Virus record (IMG/VR): IMGVR_UViG_3300020156_000002
Coordinates: 66,654-130,653 of that record
Direction: 5' to 3' (one strand)
DNA: 64,000 bases
Origin: a virus
Shown: positions 29,688-39,555 of the stretch, piece by piece
How positions within the stretch are numbered: the first letter of the stretch is position 1
Layout: each line of letters begins with the position of its first letter
Notes under the pieces: model-generated
What the model saw: the letters and a program-made list of their open reading frames with translations, nothing else
Database searches by the model: none
Told to the model about the DNA's origin: nothing
Translations under genes and position numbers: made by a program

Positions 29688-29903
29688 TCACACATTATGT
29701 TTACGCCAATCCAAGTGGAAGATTTCATTGGCTTCCATCTTTAAACCTCTTGACAATTTTAGAATTGTGATCTGAGACGGTATTTCCAAACCGTTCTCGA
29801 CACGGCTAATAGTACCCTTGTCAACTCCTGATAGTTTAGCTAACGTATTCTGACTTATATTTTTCTCCCATCTGATTTTCTTAAGATTATTCAACACCTT
29901 CAT
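29688..29903 (-). CDS. XRE/Cro-like HTH regulator
   Basis: NLKKIR..KNISQ..LA..SGV...TISRVENG...PS. Confidence 0.9.
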   Translation of the reverse strand: MKVLNNLKKIRWEKNISQNTLAKLSGVDKGTISRVENGLEIPSQITILKLSRGLKMEANEIFHLDWRKHNV

Positions 29904-30190
29904 TCTGCACCTATTTTATGTGTGATGTGTGAATATAGTATTAATAGTGTTATAACAGTGTTTACTGCATGGGTATATTTTACTACACAACCCGTTGCGT
30001 ATGTACAACACTTTACAAAATATTAATCTAAATTCGACAAGAAGTTGCAGTATTAGTATAACTTGTGAAATGATATAATTACAAGAAATATTTGTTTTAA
30101 TTGGATGGTAATAATTACCACGGGTTTTGTAATAGGGATGGTGAGAGTGGGAAGAGGGTAAAAATCATAAGATGAATGATTTATTGGGAT

Positions 30191-31240
30191 TTATTCTTCA
30201 GCTTTAATTTCATCTGGTGTGATAGTATCATTGGTCAAAGCATCTTTTAATTTAGCCAAACCTTTCCATTTTCTATCTTTTGCCGTGTTGTCATTATAGA
30301 TATCTACTAATGCATCTGAAGACCATTTTTGGAGTTCCTGAACAAGTTCTTTTTCAAGACCTATACCCAAAAGATAGCTACACCAAAAATGCCTGCCTGC
30401 GTGAAGATACCAATGTTGAGATAAGTGTGAATCCCATTTTTCAATCCAACTTCTTATTGTACTAACTTTTGCAGGTGTACCATCAGACTTAATAAATATA
30501 AAATCATGTTCTTGACCATGTTCTTTCATAATCTTTTCTCTAATTGGCAAATATTTATCGTAATAAGGCACAAACATATCTTTAATCAAATAACGTGGGA
30601 TTTCTTTTGCATTGACCCCTCTACCTTTTACCTTTATTTCTCTTGTGGTTTCCAAAAACAATCCTTCAAACGCAGTATGATTATAATCAATCATGTCCGT
30701 TGTAAACCTTACAATTTCAGAAGCTCTTGTTCCGGAAGACATTATTAAGGCTAAAAGGCATTGTTCATTAGATTTATTTATCTCTCCTAACCAGTCCATT
30801 AATTTATCTAATTCCTCTTTTTTAAAGACAGATTTCTTACGAGTATTTTCTTTTGGCATTTTGTCAATAAACACTAATAGATTTCTAAAATTAGGATATT
30901 TCTCATCATAAAATTTCTCAATAAACTTTGATAATTCAGACAAACTACTATGTACTTGCGAATATCTATTTGCTTTCCATTGCAATTCGGTAAGTCCATA
31001 ATCAAAGAATTCCTGCATTTCAATTTTCTTTATCTCTGTAAATGGTTTGTTGTCATTTTCTAATAGATTCCATACGAAAAATATATTGAAATTTGATTTA
31101 TAAGCTTTTACACTTTTTGGGCTACTTTTTGTTGCAAAGTTCTTCAAATATTTATCAACCAACTTTTGACTTTCTGGATTGATTTGTTTGATTAACTCTG
31201 GTGTTGTTATTTGTTTTCTAAATGTTTTTCTTGCTGCCAT
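30191..31240 (-). CDS. Second tyrosine recombinase (Xer/YomM-like), no arm-binding domain
   Basis: SGTRASE, KGRG, HAGRH, QKWSS and DIY catalytic set; position just upstream of tape measure, as for SPbeta yomM. Confidence 0.85.
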   Translation of the reverse strand: MAARKTFRKQITTPELIKQINPESQKLVDKYLKNFATKSSPKSVKAYKSNFNIFFVWNLLENDNKPFTEIKKIEMQEFFDYGLTELQWKANRYSQVHSSLSELSKFIEKFYDEKYPNFRNLLVFIDKMPKENTRKKSVFKKEELDKLMDWLGEINKSNEQCLLALIMSSGTRASEIVRFTTDMIDYNHTAFEGLFLETTREIKVKGRGVNAKEIPRYLIKDMFVPYYDKYLPIREKIMKEHGQEHDFIFIKSDGTPAKVSTIRSWIEKWDSHLSQHWYLHAGRHFWCSYLLGIGLEKELVQELQKWSSDALVDIYNDNTAKDRKWKGLAKLKDALTNDTITPDEIKAEE

Positions 31241-31356
31241 TAACTATTTCCTCCGTTTCTTAAAAATTTGCATAATAAAAGAAGTGGAAAATTGAGCCAC
31301 TTCTTAGAAAAGACACCAAGATTTGAATCTTGATGCCCAAAATAAATCATATTCAA

Positions 31357-31740
31357 TTAATAAAATATTCTAATAATTAATCCATATGTATCATCATCGC
31401 CAATTGTGAGAGTTATCCAATCATTTGCTTGATGAAATGTGATATAATCTATGTGTTCAATTAGTATTGTGTGAATATAATGATTTTCGTTCCATAATAG
31501 TTCTTGTTCATCATCTGCAATAAGAATACCTTTTTCATATTTCATTCTTAGATTTTCTAATTCATAAGAATAAACTGGAAGAGTACCTTCTTCATTGGTG
31601 TACATTTCAGCGATTATATATTTATGTGGATGTTCTTTGTTATATAATATATCTAAAAATGAGACAAGATAGTCTATGTCTTCTTGTGTCGCAGTTGGAT
31701 AATCTGGAAATTCATATGGTGTTGGAGAGGGATTAAGCAT
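31357..31740 (-). CDS. Small acidic protein, paralog family A (copy 2)
   Basis: YELENL.M....GI.I..D..E.LW....Y.H..L aligns with copy 1; SD AGGAGG and the same ATGCTTAA overlap. Confidence 0.7.
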   Translation of the reverse strand: MLNPSPTPYEFPDYPTATQEDIDYLVSFLDILYNKEHPHKYIIAEMYTNEEGTLPVYSYELENLRMKYEKGILIADDEQELLWNENHYIHTILIEHIDYITFHQANDWITLTIGDDDTYGLIIRIFY

Positions 31741-32581
31741 TAGCTCGTACCTCCTGTTTCCCACTATTTATCCTACTTAAATATTTTTTATCAAATTTAA
31801 CATAAATATCGCTGTGCTTATTTAAGTATTTGTATAAGAAATCTTGTCCTTTGGGTGTAACATATGTAACTGCAACACTATACTTTTTATCATTCTTTTT
31901 TACGATGACATAATTCTTTACTACAAAATATTCTTTTGAAGCATATTGCTCACTTGGAGAATTATCTTGATTAAAAACTTTCATATATCTAAGGAATTCC
32001 ATGAATTTGTTTCTTCTAGCTTTCAATTCTTTAGAAGACTGATTCATTGATAATAATCCTTTTGAGTCTAAATATAAATCGAATTGTTCTGCTTTTGGCT
32101 TCATTTCTTCATTTTCTTTTGCAAGATTAGCTGATAACAATAGTGCTTCTGATAATGTTTTTGGTATTTGAAAATTATCAATTGTAATATCATCATTATG
32201 TATAAATGCTTTAGCAAGTACATCTTTTGCTTTTATCTGATATTCAATTAATTTATTAGCCATATCTGGAGTATCAAGTCTCATTTTAGGAGTAATAGAT
32301 ATTTTTGCCAACCATAAAGGCAAGTAATCTAATTCTATTGCAATGGTACTATTATTTTCATCAAATACCCCTGCCTCAAATTTGAGGCACCCTCTTCTCA
32401 ATACAATATCTTCTTGGATATTAAGTACTTGTCTGTCTTTTTGACCTTTGGTAAAACCAATACCATTACAAACCCAACTAACGCCAACATACATTTTTCC
32501 AGTTTCTAAGTCTTTCGTTACTTTCAATAAATCTCCATTAAATTCAACATCCTTTGTTACTAATTCGTTTTTCATATTCAT
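31733..32581 (-). CDS. P22-AR N-terminal plus KilAC antirepressor
   Basis: VEFNGD.L...YVGVSWVCNGIG...LDYLPLWLAKI; IPKTLSEAL; MKPKA; TYVTPKGQ. Confidence 0.9.
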   Translation of the reverse strand: MNMKNELVTKDVEFNGDLLKVTKDLETGKMYVGVSWVCNGIGFTKGQKDRQVLNIQEDIVLRRGCLKFEAGVFDENNSTIAIELDYLPLWLAKISITPKMRLDTPDMANKLIEYQIKAKDVLAKAFIHNDDITIDNFQIPKTLSEALLLSANLAKENEEMKPKAEQFDLYLDSKGLLSMNQSSKELKARRNKFMEFLRYMKVFNQDNSPSEQYASKEYFVVKNYVIVKKNDKKYSVAVTYVTPKGQDFLYKYLNKHSDIYVKFDKKYLSRINSGKQEVRANA

Positions 32582-32611
32582 ATCATCCTTTCATATTTAT
32601 ATATTAATGTT

Positions 32612-32725
32612 TTGACATATAAATAAAGGTTTGATATAATTATAGACAGATATAGCATTGACTATATTAATTATGTACCGACAGTCCTCTCACCGACCAA
32701 AGTTAGAAGGACTGTCTTTTATTTT
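32612..32725 (+). ncRNA. Candidate antisense sRNA in the RHH-antirepressor intergenic region
   Basis: Perfect TTGACA-17-TATAAT with TG extension; hairpin ATATAG/CTATAT; terminator GACAGTCCT/AGGACTGTC plus T run. Confidence 0.65.
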
Positions 32726-32729
32726 GCCA

Positions 32730-32921
32730 TCATTCAGATAACTCCTTTAAATTAATAACTCCATCTGAATATGCAGACATTAATATTTCCAATACTTCAT
32801 TCATATCAAGTTTGTTTTTTACACAAGCTACTTTGAAATTTTGAATAATTTCTTCGTCAATAGTAGTCATAAAACGTTTTCTTGATTTTTGATTATCTGA
32901 CATATCATTCACACCTTTCAT
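32730..32921 (-). CDS. Ribbon-helix-helix (Arc/ParG-like) repressor (probable start 32903)
   Basis: RKRFMTTIDEEIIQNFKVAC.KNKLDMNEVLEILM; promoter TTGACA-17-TATATT at about 32935-32963 (-). Confidence 0.8.
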   Translation of the reverse strand: MKGVNDMSDNQKSRKRFMTTIDEEIIQNFKVACVKNKLDMNEVLEILMSAYSDGVINLKELSE

Positions 32922-33055
32922 ATATCATACATTAAATATATCACGCATATATTACATTGTCAATATAAAATATGAAAATTTTTCAAATTAGTATTTTTAA
33001 TAGAGTAGTAGATGATGAAATCTACTACTCCCAAATTCAAGATAAAATACTGCTT

Positions 33056-33211
33056 TCATTTACTTTCTTCAACCTTTAACTGTTCATTAGCCTGTTTCTG
33101 AATTTCCATTATCAAATTCATAGAAATTTCTGCTGGTAATTTACCAAGTCCAGAAAGAATGATGTTGGCTTTCTCAATATTCAACACTAAATTTATATCT
33201 TTATTCTCCAT
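33056..33211 (-). CDS. Small protein downstream of tail fibre (51 aa, not in ORF track)
   Basis: SD AAGGAAGG plus ATG; MENKDINLVLNIEKANIILSGLGKLPAEIS... Confidence 0.6.
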   Translation of the reverse strand: MENKDINLVLNIEKANIILSGLGKLPAEISMNLIMEIQKQANEQLKVEESK

Positions 33212-33228
33212 TTATAATTATCCTTCCT

Positions 33229-36200
33229 TTAATTACTAGATTTTAATATATCAATTTCAGACTTAAGTTCTTGTATTGCTTTTACTAAATATGGTATGAG
33301 TTTTGTATCCGATACACCCCAAGCTGCTTTACTTTCATCTTCAGCTTTGTCAACACATTGTGGGAATACTTCGTATAATTCTTGCGCAATAAATCCTTCA
33401 CTTTCAACATACTTATCTTCGGATACAGTAAATTTACCATTTTCATCTAAATACCATTCGTGTTTATTAAAAGTACATGGTTTTATTGCACATACTTTAT
33501 CCAATACGCTATCCATAGGTCTTATATCTGATTTTGTTCTTTTATCTGATGTTGAAGTCCAACTGGTTCCATTTTGAGCCAAGTATACGCCAGTAGTATT
33601 ACTAGTTCCAGCATTTGAAACATATAACCCACTATTACCAGACGCATATCTAAATATATTTGCCAAAAGTGTACCAGTTGTATCAGTTGCCCATCTGATA
33701 CCATATGCACCACTATTACCATTTAAAGATATATCATTATAATTGTATATAGAAGTAGTATGCACCTGTGAAATTTTATTAGTGTTACTACCAACATAGA
33801 ATACATTAGTTGCATTCGGTATAATATCAGCGCCAATTGTAATACTTGAATTATTTACAGCTAACCATTTTGTTCCGTCCGCACCGTATAAAAATGTTGC
33901 AGGGGAACTCATTAATATTCTATTTCTAGTGCCATCGTTTATAGCGAAATTTGTATTTGCTTTTATAGTATTTGCCAAATACAAATCTCCTTGAAGATAT
34001 AAATCTTTCCATCTAAAACTAGATGTACCTAAATCATGAGTATTATGATAAGCTGGCACTGCATTTGCATCTATTCCAAATAATGTGTTAGCTAAATATA
34101 TTTTCTTAGTTCCGTCAGCACTATATAGGTAAGTATGAGTATCATAAACCGTCATTCTATCTCTTGTACCATCATTTATCGCAAATCCATTTCCCACAAT
34201 GATATCATCACCAAGATATATATCACCTGAAAGATATAAATCCTTCCATCTCACACTTGAAATCCCTAAAGTAAAGGTGTTGTGTGTTACAGGATGTAGT
34301 CCGTCACCACTTATATTTGCAATACCAGTACCATTACTCTGCAAAGTTACAGTACCACTTGTACCATTTAATGTTAGTGCATTTCCAGAACCACTATTAA
34401 TAGTTGCAATATTTGGAGTTGTTAAAGTTTTATTTGTAAGTGTCTGTGCTCTTGTAGTTGTAACTATATCTACACCATTAACTTGAACAAAACCACTACC
34501 TTTAGTTAATAAATTCAAAGATATATTAGTATCTCCACCAGTTGCAGATATTGTTGGATTTCCACCAGTTGCTGCATTTGTAATTGTAATCTCATTTACA
34601 GCAGAATCTACGGCAGTAGGGAATTTAATTAATTCATTCCCGTTAGCATCGGCTATATAACTATCGCTTGTTATTCTTGGAGCAGCTAATGTTTTATTTG
34701 TAAGAGTGTCTGTCGTATTTGTACCAACCAAAGTTGTTGCTGCGTCAGGAATTATTACTGTTTTATTACTTGTAAATTGCGTTTGCACTATACCAGTAAC
34801 ATTTGTAGAACCTGCTACATTAAAACTTAGTTTTTTAGTTTGGTCAACGGCATCAACAAAATATGTAGTATTATCTGATAATGATTTATTATATAAATTC
34901 TGTGTATCAAGAGTGGTAACAACGTCAACACCGTTTGCTTTAACTTTGCCAGCTCCAGTTGGAACTAAGTTAACATCTTTATTTGTTCCACCAGACGATA
35001 AAGTTAATGCATCATCACTTATAACAGAACCTTTAATTAGCAAAGGTTTCTTAATAGACACTTTGGTAATTTTCCAATAATCGTTTGGTAAACTATAAGT
35101 GTATTCTATGCCAGTATTTGTGCTTGTATATATTTGACCATCGACTAAAGTTGTATTAGGAAAGGTAGCAGTTTCTGATTCCTCTGTATTATCTTGAATA
35201 AATGTTTGTGTTGCTGGAATCCACAGCAAATGAGTACTCATAGTAACGTCATAGATTATCTTAGTAGAAGTATTTCCAGATTCTTTAAATATTGCCCTCT
35301 CTATTGTACTCATTGATAGGTACGCTGTTGATGGTGACATTATCCTATTATGACTAATAATAAAAAGCGTACCCGCATATCTTATAAAACTACTAGCGAG
35401 TTCAACTCCTGTAAATTTTAATGTCAAGGATAAATTGTAAACAGTTCCTTCTACGATATCTGAAAGTATTGTTACTTCTCTTGGCGCATTCACTTCTGTT
35501 GAATCTAACAATGCACTAGAAAGCGTCTCACCTACGCTGTAATGGATTTTGTCTCCCAATGTTTCCTGATAAACTGTAGTACTATAATCATTTGATGAAC
35601 CAACTTTAAATCGTAAACTCAAGCCATTTACAGGATATGAGACAAATGTATTTGGTGATGATAAATTAAATTTACTAAGGAACTTATCAAGTACTATTTT
35701 CCAATATTTATTTGTATTGTCCCACGTATACACCCTTTCTGCTCCCACTAGCACTTGTCCTTCCGCTGGATTGGTTGGAATAGCAATAGACGCAATCTGT
35801 CCGGTATATTGAATGTAAGAAAATGAATTTTTTCTATATAACATTTGTACATGTAAATCCGTATCGAGATAGAAAAACTCTTTAGTATTCCAATCAACAT
35901 TATTTAATAATGCTAATCTAGCTGCTGAACTTCCAGAGAATCCTATCGCATCTCCACTCGTACCAATTGGTATTGATTGATTTAATTTTAATGATTTCCA
36001 TTCGCCACTTACGTATTGTAATAAAGCAACCACTCCAGTACCATTTGGATTGGTTTCAGAAACTTCGTCATATGTAAATAGGAATTGTACATCTGCTATA
36101 CCAGTTGGAAATGCGGCTTGTACTTCTGATAAATTAAGATATTGACCTCTATAACTTGCAACACCTGCATGTGTAAGTAAATCATATGTATAAGGTAAAC

Positions 36201-36366
36201 CATCTTTTAAAAATGTTAAAGTATGAATAGTATCACCATTTAAAAGTGTTTCTTTTAACGTCATTCCTTGAAAATTTGCGGCTGCTAATTTAGTTGCATT
36301 GTCTTTTGACATACTATCAATAAGTCCAACAGCAACTCCTATATCTAATCCGCTTTGTTGTGCCAT
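33229..36366 (-). CDS. Tail fibre with internal repeats and C-terminal S74 chaperone
   Basis: TLTNKTL repeats, LG.SS.RWKDLYL repeats, STSDKRTK...GFIAQEL...LIPYLVKAIQEL. Confidence 0.85.
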   Translation of the reverse strand: MAQQSGLDIGVAVGLIDSMSKDNATKLAAANFQGMTLKETLLNGDTIHTLTFLKDGLPYTYDLLTHAGVASYRGQYLNLSEVQAAFPTGIADVQFLFTYDEVSETNPNGTGVVALLQYVSGEWKSLKLNQSIPIGTSGDAIGFSGSSAARLALLNNVDWNTKEFFYLDTDLHVQMLYRKNSFSYIQYTGQIASIAIPTNPAEGQVLVGAERVYTWDNTNKYWKIVLDKFLSKFNLSSPNTFVSYPVNGLSLRFKVGSSNDYSTTVYQETLGDKIHYSVGETLSSALLDSTEVNAPREVTILSDIVEGTVYNLSLTLKFTGVELASSFIRYAGTLFIISHNRIMSPSTAYLSMSTIERAIFKESGNTSTKIIYDVTMSTHLLWIPATQTFIQDNTEESETATFPNTTLVDGQIYTSTNTGIEYTYSLPNDYWKITKVSIKKPLLIKGSVISDDALTLSSGGTNKDVNLVPTGAGKVKANGVDVVTTLDTQNLYNKSLSDNTTYFVDAVDQTKKLSFNVAGSTNVTGIVQTQFTSNKTVIIPDAATTLVGTNTTDTLTNKTLAAPRITSDSYIADANGNELIKFPTAVDSAVNEITITNAATGGNPTISATGGDTNISLNLLTKGSGFVQVNGVDIVTTTRAQTLTNKTLTTPNIATINSGSGNALTLNGTSGTVTLQSNGTGIANISGDGLHPVTHNTFTLGISSVRWKDLYLSGDIYLGDDIIVGNGFAINDGTRDRMTVYDTHTYLYSADGTKKIYLANTLFGIDANAVPAYHNTHDLGTSSFRWKDLYLQGDLYLANTIKANTNFAINDGTRNRILMSSPATFLYGADGTKWLAVNNSSITIGADIIPNATNVFYVGSNTNKISQVHTTSIYNYNDISLNGNSGAYGIRWATDTTGTLLANIFRYASGNSGLYVSNAGTSNTTGVYLAQNGTSWTSTSDKRTKSDIRPMDSVLDKVCAIKPCTFNKHEWYLDENGKFTVSEDKYVESEGFIAQELYEVFPQCVDKAEDESKAAWGVSDTKLIPYLVKAIQELKSEIDILKSSN

Positions 36367-36383
36367 AATTCACGCTCCTTTCT

Positions 36384-36695
36384 TTATTCAATTTGTAGTG
36401 ATAGAGTGCCGGAAACACCAGAATCTTTTATATAGATTCCCCTTGCCCTAACACCGCCATTAGACGAATAAACTTTATTAACAATAAAGTCGTTGTAAGC
36501 TCCATCTTCGCTAAATTTAATTTGTGTTACAGAGTTGACTAACACAGTTATGCTTACATCCGTATTAGCATTTAAAATTAACTTTGTCTGTGTTTCTTTA
36601 AAATGCTTTTGCATTTGTTCAACGACTTCTGGTAATTCGTACAGATTGCAGTCAGAAGAATTTGTTGTAAAATTCATCACTAAAGGTAAAGTCAT
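36384..36695 (-). CDS. Hypothetical virion-associated protein
   Basis: 103 aa with SD; precedes the fibre gene. Confidence 0.55.
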   Translation of the reverse strand: MTLPLVMNFTTNSSDCNLYELPEVVEQMQKHFKETQTKLILNANTDVSITVLVNSVTQIKFSEDGAYNDFIVNKVYSSNGGVRARGIYIKDSGVSGTLSLQIE

Positions 36696-36836
36696 AATTT
36701 ATTTCCTCACTTTCTTTATTTAATTTTTTACATAGAAAAAGACGATAGAAGAGTGACCAACTATCGCCTTAATTTATCTATATTTAGTTATATTTGATAC
36801 TATATAATGCCTCAAATTCAAAATCAATTGTTACAT

Positions 36837-37052
36837 TTATGGTGTAAATATAAGATCATCAGTAAACAATATCTCACTAACAACTTTTAATTTAGTGATT
36901 GGCACAGATTTTAATAATATCTTTAATTTGACTTCTAATTCATCCAATGAAGTGGTTGAATAATCTGTAGTGCTTGTTTCATCCATCTTTATAAAATTCC
37001 AATATTCAATATTGGATGAAGTAGAAGAGAGTTGTAAAATTTTATATGTCAT
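36837..37052 (-). CDS. Hypothetical protein
   Basis: 71 aa with SD AAGGAG. Confidence 0.55.
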   Translation of the reverse strand: MTYKILQLSSTSSNIEYWNFIKMDETSTTDYSTTSLDELEVKLKILLKSVPITKLKVVSEILFTDDLIFTP

Positions 37053-37095
37053 AGTTGTCTCCTTTTCTGTGTATTATAATAACTAATATTACTAA

Positions 37096-38247
37096 TTACA
37101 TAGTTATATACTTAAATTGATATCCTTTATAATAGCTTATTTCGCTTCTACAACATCTTTTAATTAATTCTGGATTAAACAAAACACCAAAAGTTGAACA
37201 TGATATATCAGATAAATATTTAGCAGATTTATAAATTCCAAGACTATTGCCATCCTTTAAAACTTCTACAAATTTTGAGCCATGATTATATAAACACCAA
37301 CCAAGTTTTTCACCCACGGCTAAATATTTGCATATTGTAGCTTTATCAACATTAAAATGTTTTTCCATTTGAACAGGATTCATTGTCGGATTTTGATTTT
37401 TAAAATCACTAATTTGCTTTATTATATTTTTTGTAGCATATTCTTCACACTCATACCAATTAATCTTTGAAATGTCAAATAAATTATTTAGCTCACTAGT
37501 AACAATTGAATTTTTTATAAATTTAATATTTGATTCTCTACAATCAAGTTTTATGTAATGATTTATTTTATTATTTAACGCAATTTTTTCTTTTAATATA
37601 TCTGTCGATTTGATATTATGTAAACCAGTCATAAATCCACCTGATTCTTCATAATGTTGTTTTCCATTGACTTCAATAATACATTTCAATGAATTAATAT
37701 AAAAATCATATCTATAAGAAGAACACCATGAAAAATTTCTATTACTTAGTTGATAAATATAATCAAAACCCAGTTGCGATAATATATTTAACATAACTTT
37801 TTCAGGGTAACTTATGCCATCTGAACACGTACAACCAAAACCATGTCTTTGATATATTTTATTTATAGATACTGATTTTGTTTTGATTTTTCCGCAATCA
37901 GGGCATATGGGAAATATCTTCTTATTTGAAGATTTAGTATATAACTTAGCCTCTTCATATCCTCCTTGAAAATACTTAACCATCCACGGAGCAGTAGTTG
38001 GAATATCATTAATGCCTAAAATTAATTGCTTTCCATGACACACAGGACACCCTCTGCCTTGTTTTAAGTCATATTCACTTATATAAATGTCTTCAGCATT
38101 ACATTTATGGCATTTACATTTGTAGAATTTAATGTTGTGATTTGGTCTTGATTTATAAAAGCCCTTTTCGTATTTTCTCTCTAAAATTTCAATATTTCTT
38201 TTATCGTCTTTGAATGTTTGACCTACACTATAAATAAAATCAACCAT
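37096..38247 (-). CDS. Free-standing homing-endonuclease-like protein (Zn fingers plus Vsr/DUF559-like PD-(D/E)XK domain)
   Basis: CPVC and CPDCG repeats; SYPEK...YRYDFY...IIEVNGKQHY...D..KE. Confidence 0.8.
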   Translation of the reverse strand: MVDFIYSVGQTFKDDKRNIEILERKYEKGFYKSRPNHNIKFYKCKCHKCNAEDIYISEYDLKQGRGCPVCHGKQLILGINDIPTTAPWMVKYFQGGYEEAKLYTKSSNKKIFPICPDCGKIKTKSVSINKIYQRHGFGCTCSDGISYPEKVMLNILSQLGFDYIYQLSNRNFSWCSSYRYDFYINSLKCIIEVNGKQHYEESGGFMTGLHNIKSTDILKEKIALNNKINHYIKLDCRESNIKFIKNSIVTSELNNLFDISKINWYECEEYATKNIIKQISDFKNQNPTMNPVQMEKHFNVDKATICKYLAVGEKLGWCLYNHGSKFVEVLKDGNSLGIYKSAKYLSDISCSTFGVLFNPELIKRCCRSEISYYKGYQFKYITM

Positions 38248-38292
38248 AAATAGTCCTCACTTTCACTTAAAAATTCAATTAAAAAAGAGTAG

Positions 38293-38475
38293 TCATTTTT
38301 CAGACCACTCTTTTAAACAATCTCTTAGTTTGTTTGTTTTAATGTATACCCAGAACATATTTTTTGTTTCAGGATGTAACCCAATTAATTCATATCTAAA
38401 CCCCTTTTTAGCCAGATAATCTCTCATAGGAATCGAATAGCATGGAAATAAATTTGAACTTTTTATATGTATCAT
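38293..38475 (-). CDS. Small DUF5659-like protein
   Basis: CYS..MRDYLAKKGF.Y......T...FWVY..T..L...L..W. Confidence 0.6.
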   Translation of the reverse strand: MIHIKSSNLFPCYSIPMRDYLAKKGFRYELIGLHPETKNMFWVYIKTNKLRDCLKEWSEK

Positions 38476-38484
38476 CCTTTCTAT

Positions 38485-38907
38485 TTAGACAGTTTTGATT
38501 CCTTGATTTGCTAATTCCTCTCTTAGAATTCTTATTGCATTTTCGTTACACCATTTTTCGAAGTCTTTCCAAAAGAAACCTTCACGCCAAATACCAACAT
38601 TGCCATGAAAGCCAGCGTCAGCCATGTAAAGCTGTGTTTCTCCATCCCAATAATCACCATACTTCATATTATCTGCATTCATATATATATCAGCACTATT
38701 AGGAGATAACATTCTAGTCATTGCCGATTCAAGGAATGAGTAACTTCTGGAATAGGCAATTGGATCATAAAGAGCATAGTAGTCATCCCATATAAAATAA
38801 TGCAATTGGTCACAAATTCTACTTGATGCTTTTTCTACGGCTTTAGTACAAGCACTTTGAATAAAGTTTTCCGTCTGAACCATAGTAGTAAAAGTTTTAA
38901 CTGCCAT
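38485..38907 (-). CDS. Tail/neck morphogenesis protein (HK97 gp10-like, tentative)
   Basis: YY..YDP..YSRS..FL.S pattern; position in the tail region. Confidence 0.5.
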   Translation of the reverse strand: MAVKTFTTMVQTENFIQSACTKAVEKASSRICDQLHYFIWDDYYALYDPIAYSRSYSFLESAMTRMLSPNSADIYMNADNMKYGDYWDGETQLYMADAGFHGNVGIWREGFFWKDFEKWCNENAIRILREELANQGIKTV

Positions 38908-38915
38908 CGCTACAC

Positions 38916-39542
38916 CTATTTATCAGCAAGAACATTAACTGCACCTAATTTATTTTTTAGTTCCTTGATTTCCTTTGACTGTTCATGAATGGTTTTATCT
39001 CTTAAATCATTGCCAATTCCAGACTCTTGATATTTTTTTAATATTTCCTGAGCATTTAATTTTTTCAAAATCTTTTCAAGTTTCTTAGTATCAATTTCTT
39101 TGGCTTTGTCATTTAAAGTTGATAGAAGATTAGAAACCATATCAAAAATCTCGTCCATAGAAGATTTCTTGCTATGTATAATTTGTTCTTTCTTAAAATT
39201 AACCATCTCGTAAACATCAGATAAAATATTTAAAAAGCAATTGTTTAAGCTTGAACATTCTTGATATTTTTCTTTTAATTCATCATCAGATATTACGGAC
39301 TCATAAATGTCATCATTCTCTTCAAATTCTACACCATCCAAAAAGAATTCAGCAAAGGCATGAACCTGTGCAATTTCTCTATAATATGGTGTAAACTCTG
39401 TAGTTCCAGTTGTTTCATCTTCATTAAAATAACTATTAAATATTAAGTTTGTAGCTCCAATTTTTTCAGCAACTTTTATTTCAGTCTTATATCTAGGATT
39501 ATTTTTAATCATATATTTCCTCCAATATTTATTTTTTAACAT
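38916..39542 (-). CDS. Hypothetical tail-region protein (possible tail assembly chaperone)
   Basis: Acidic helical 208-aa ORF; position only. Confidence 0.45.
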   Translation of the reverse strand: MLKNKYWRKYMIKNNPRYKTEIKVAEKIGATNLIFNSYFNEDETTGTTEFTPYYREIAQVHAFAEFFLDGVEFEENDDIYESVISDDELKEKYQECSSLNNCFLNILSDVYEMVNFKKEQIIHSKKSSMDEIFDMVSNLLSTLNDKAKEIDTKKLEKILKKLNAQEILKKYQESGIGNDLRDKTIHEQSKEIKELKNKLGAVNVLADK

Positions 39543-39555
39543 AAAAAATAGACGC

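Noticed and set aside
33229-36366. Diversity-generating retroelement or shufflon acting on tail fibres
   Set aside because: No reverse transcriptase, no TR/VR pair and no inverted fibre cassettes seen in the window
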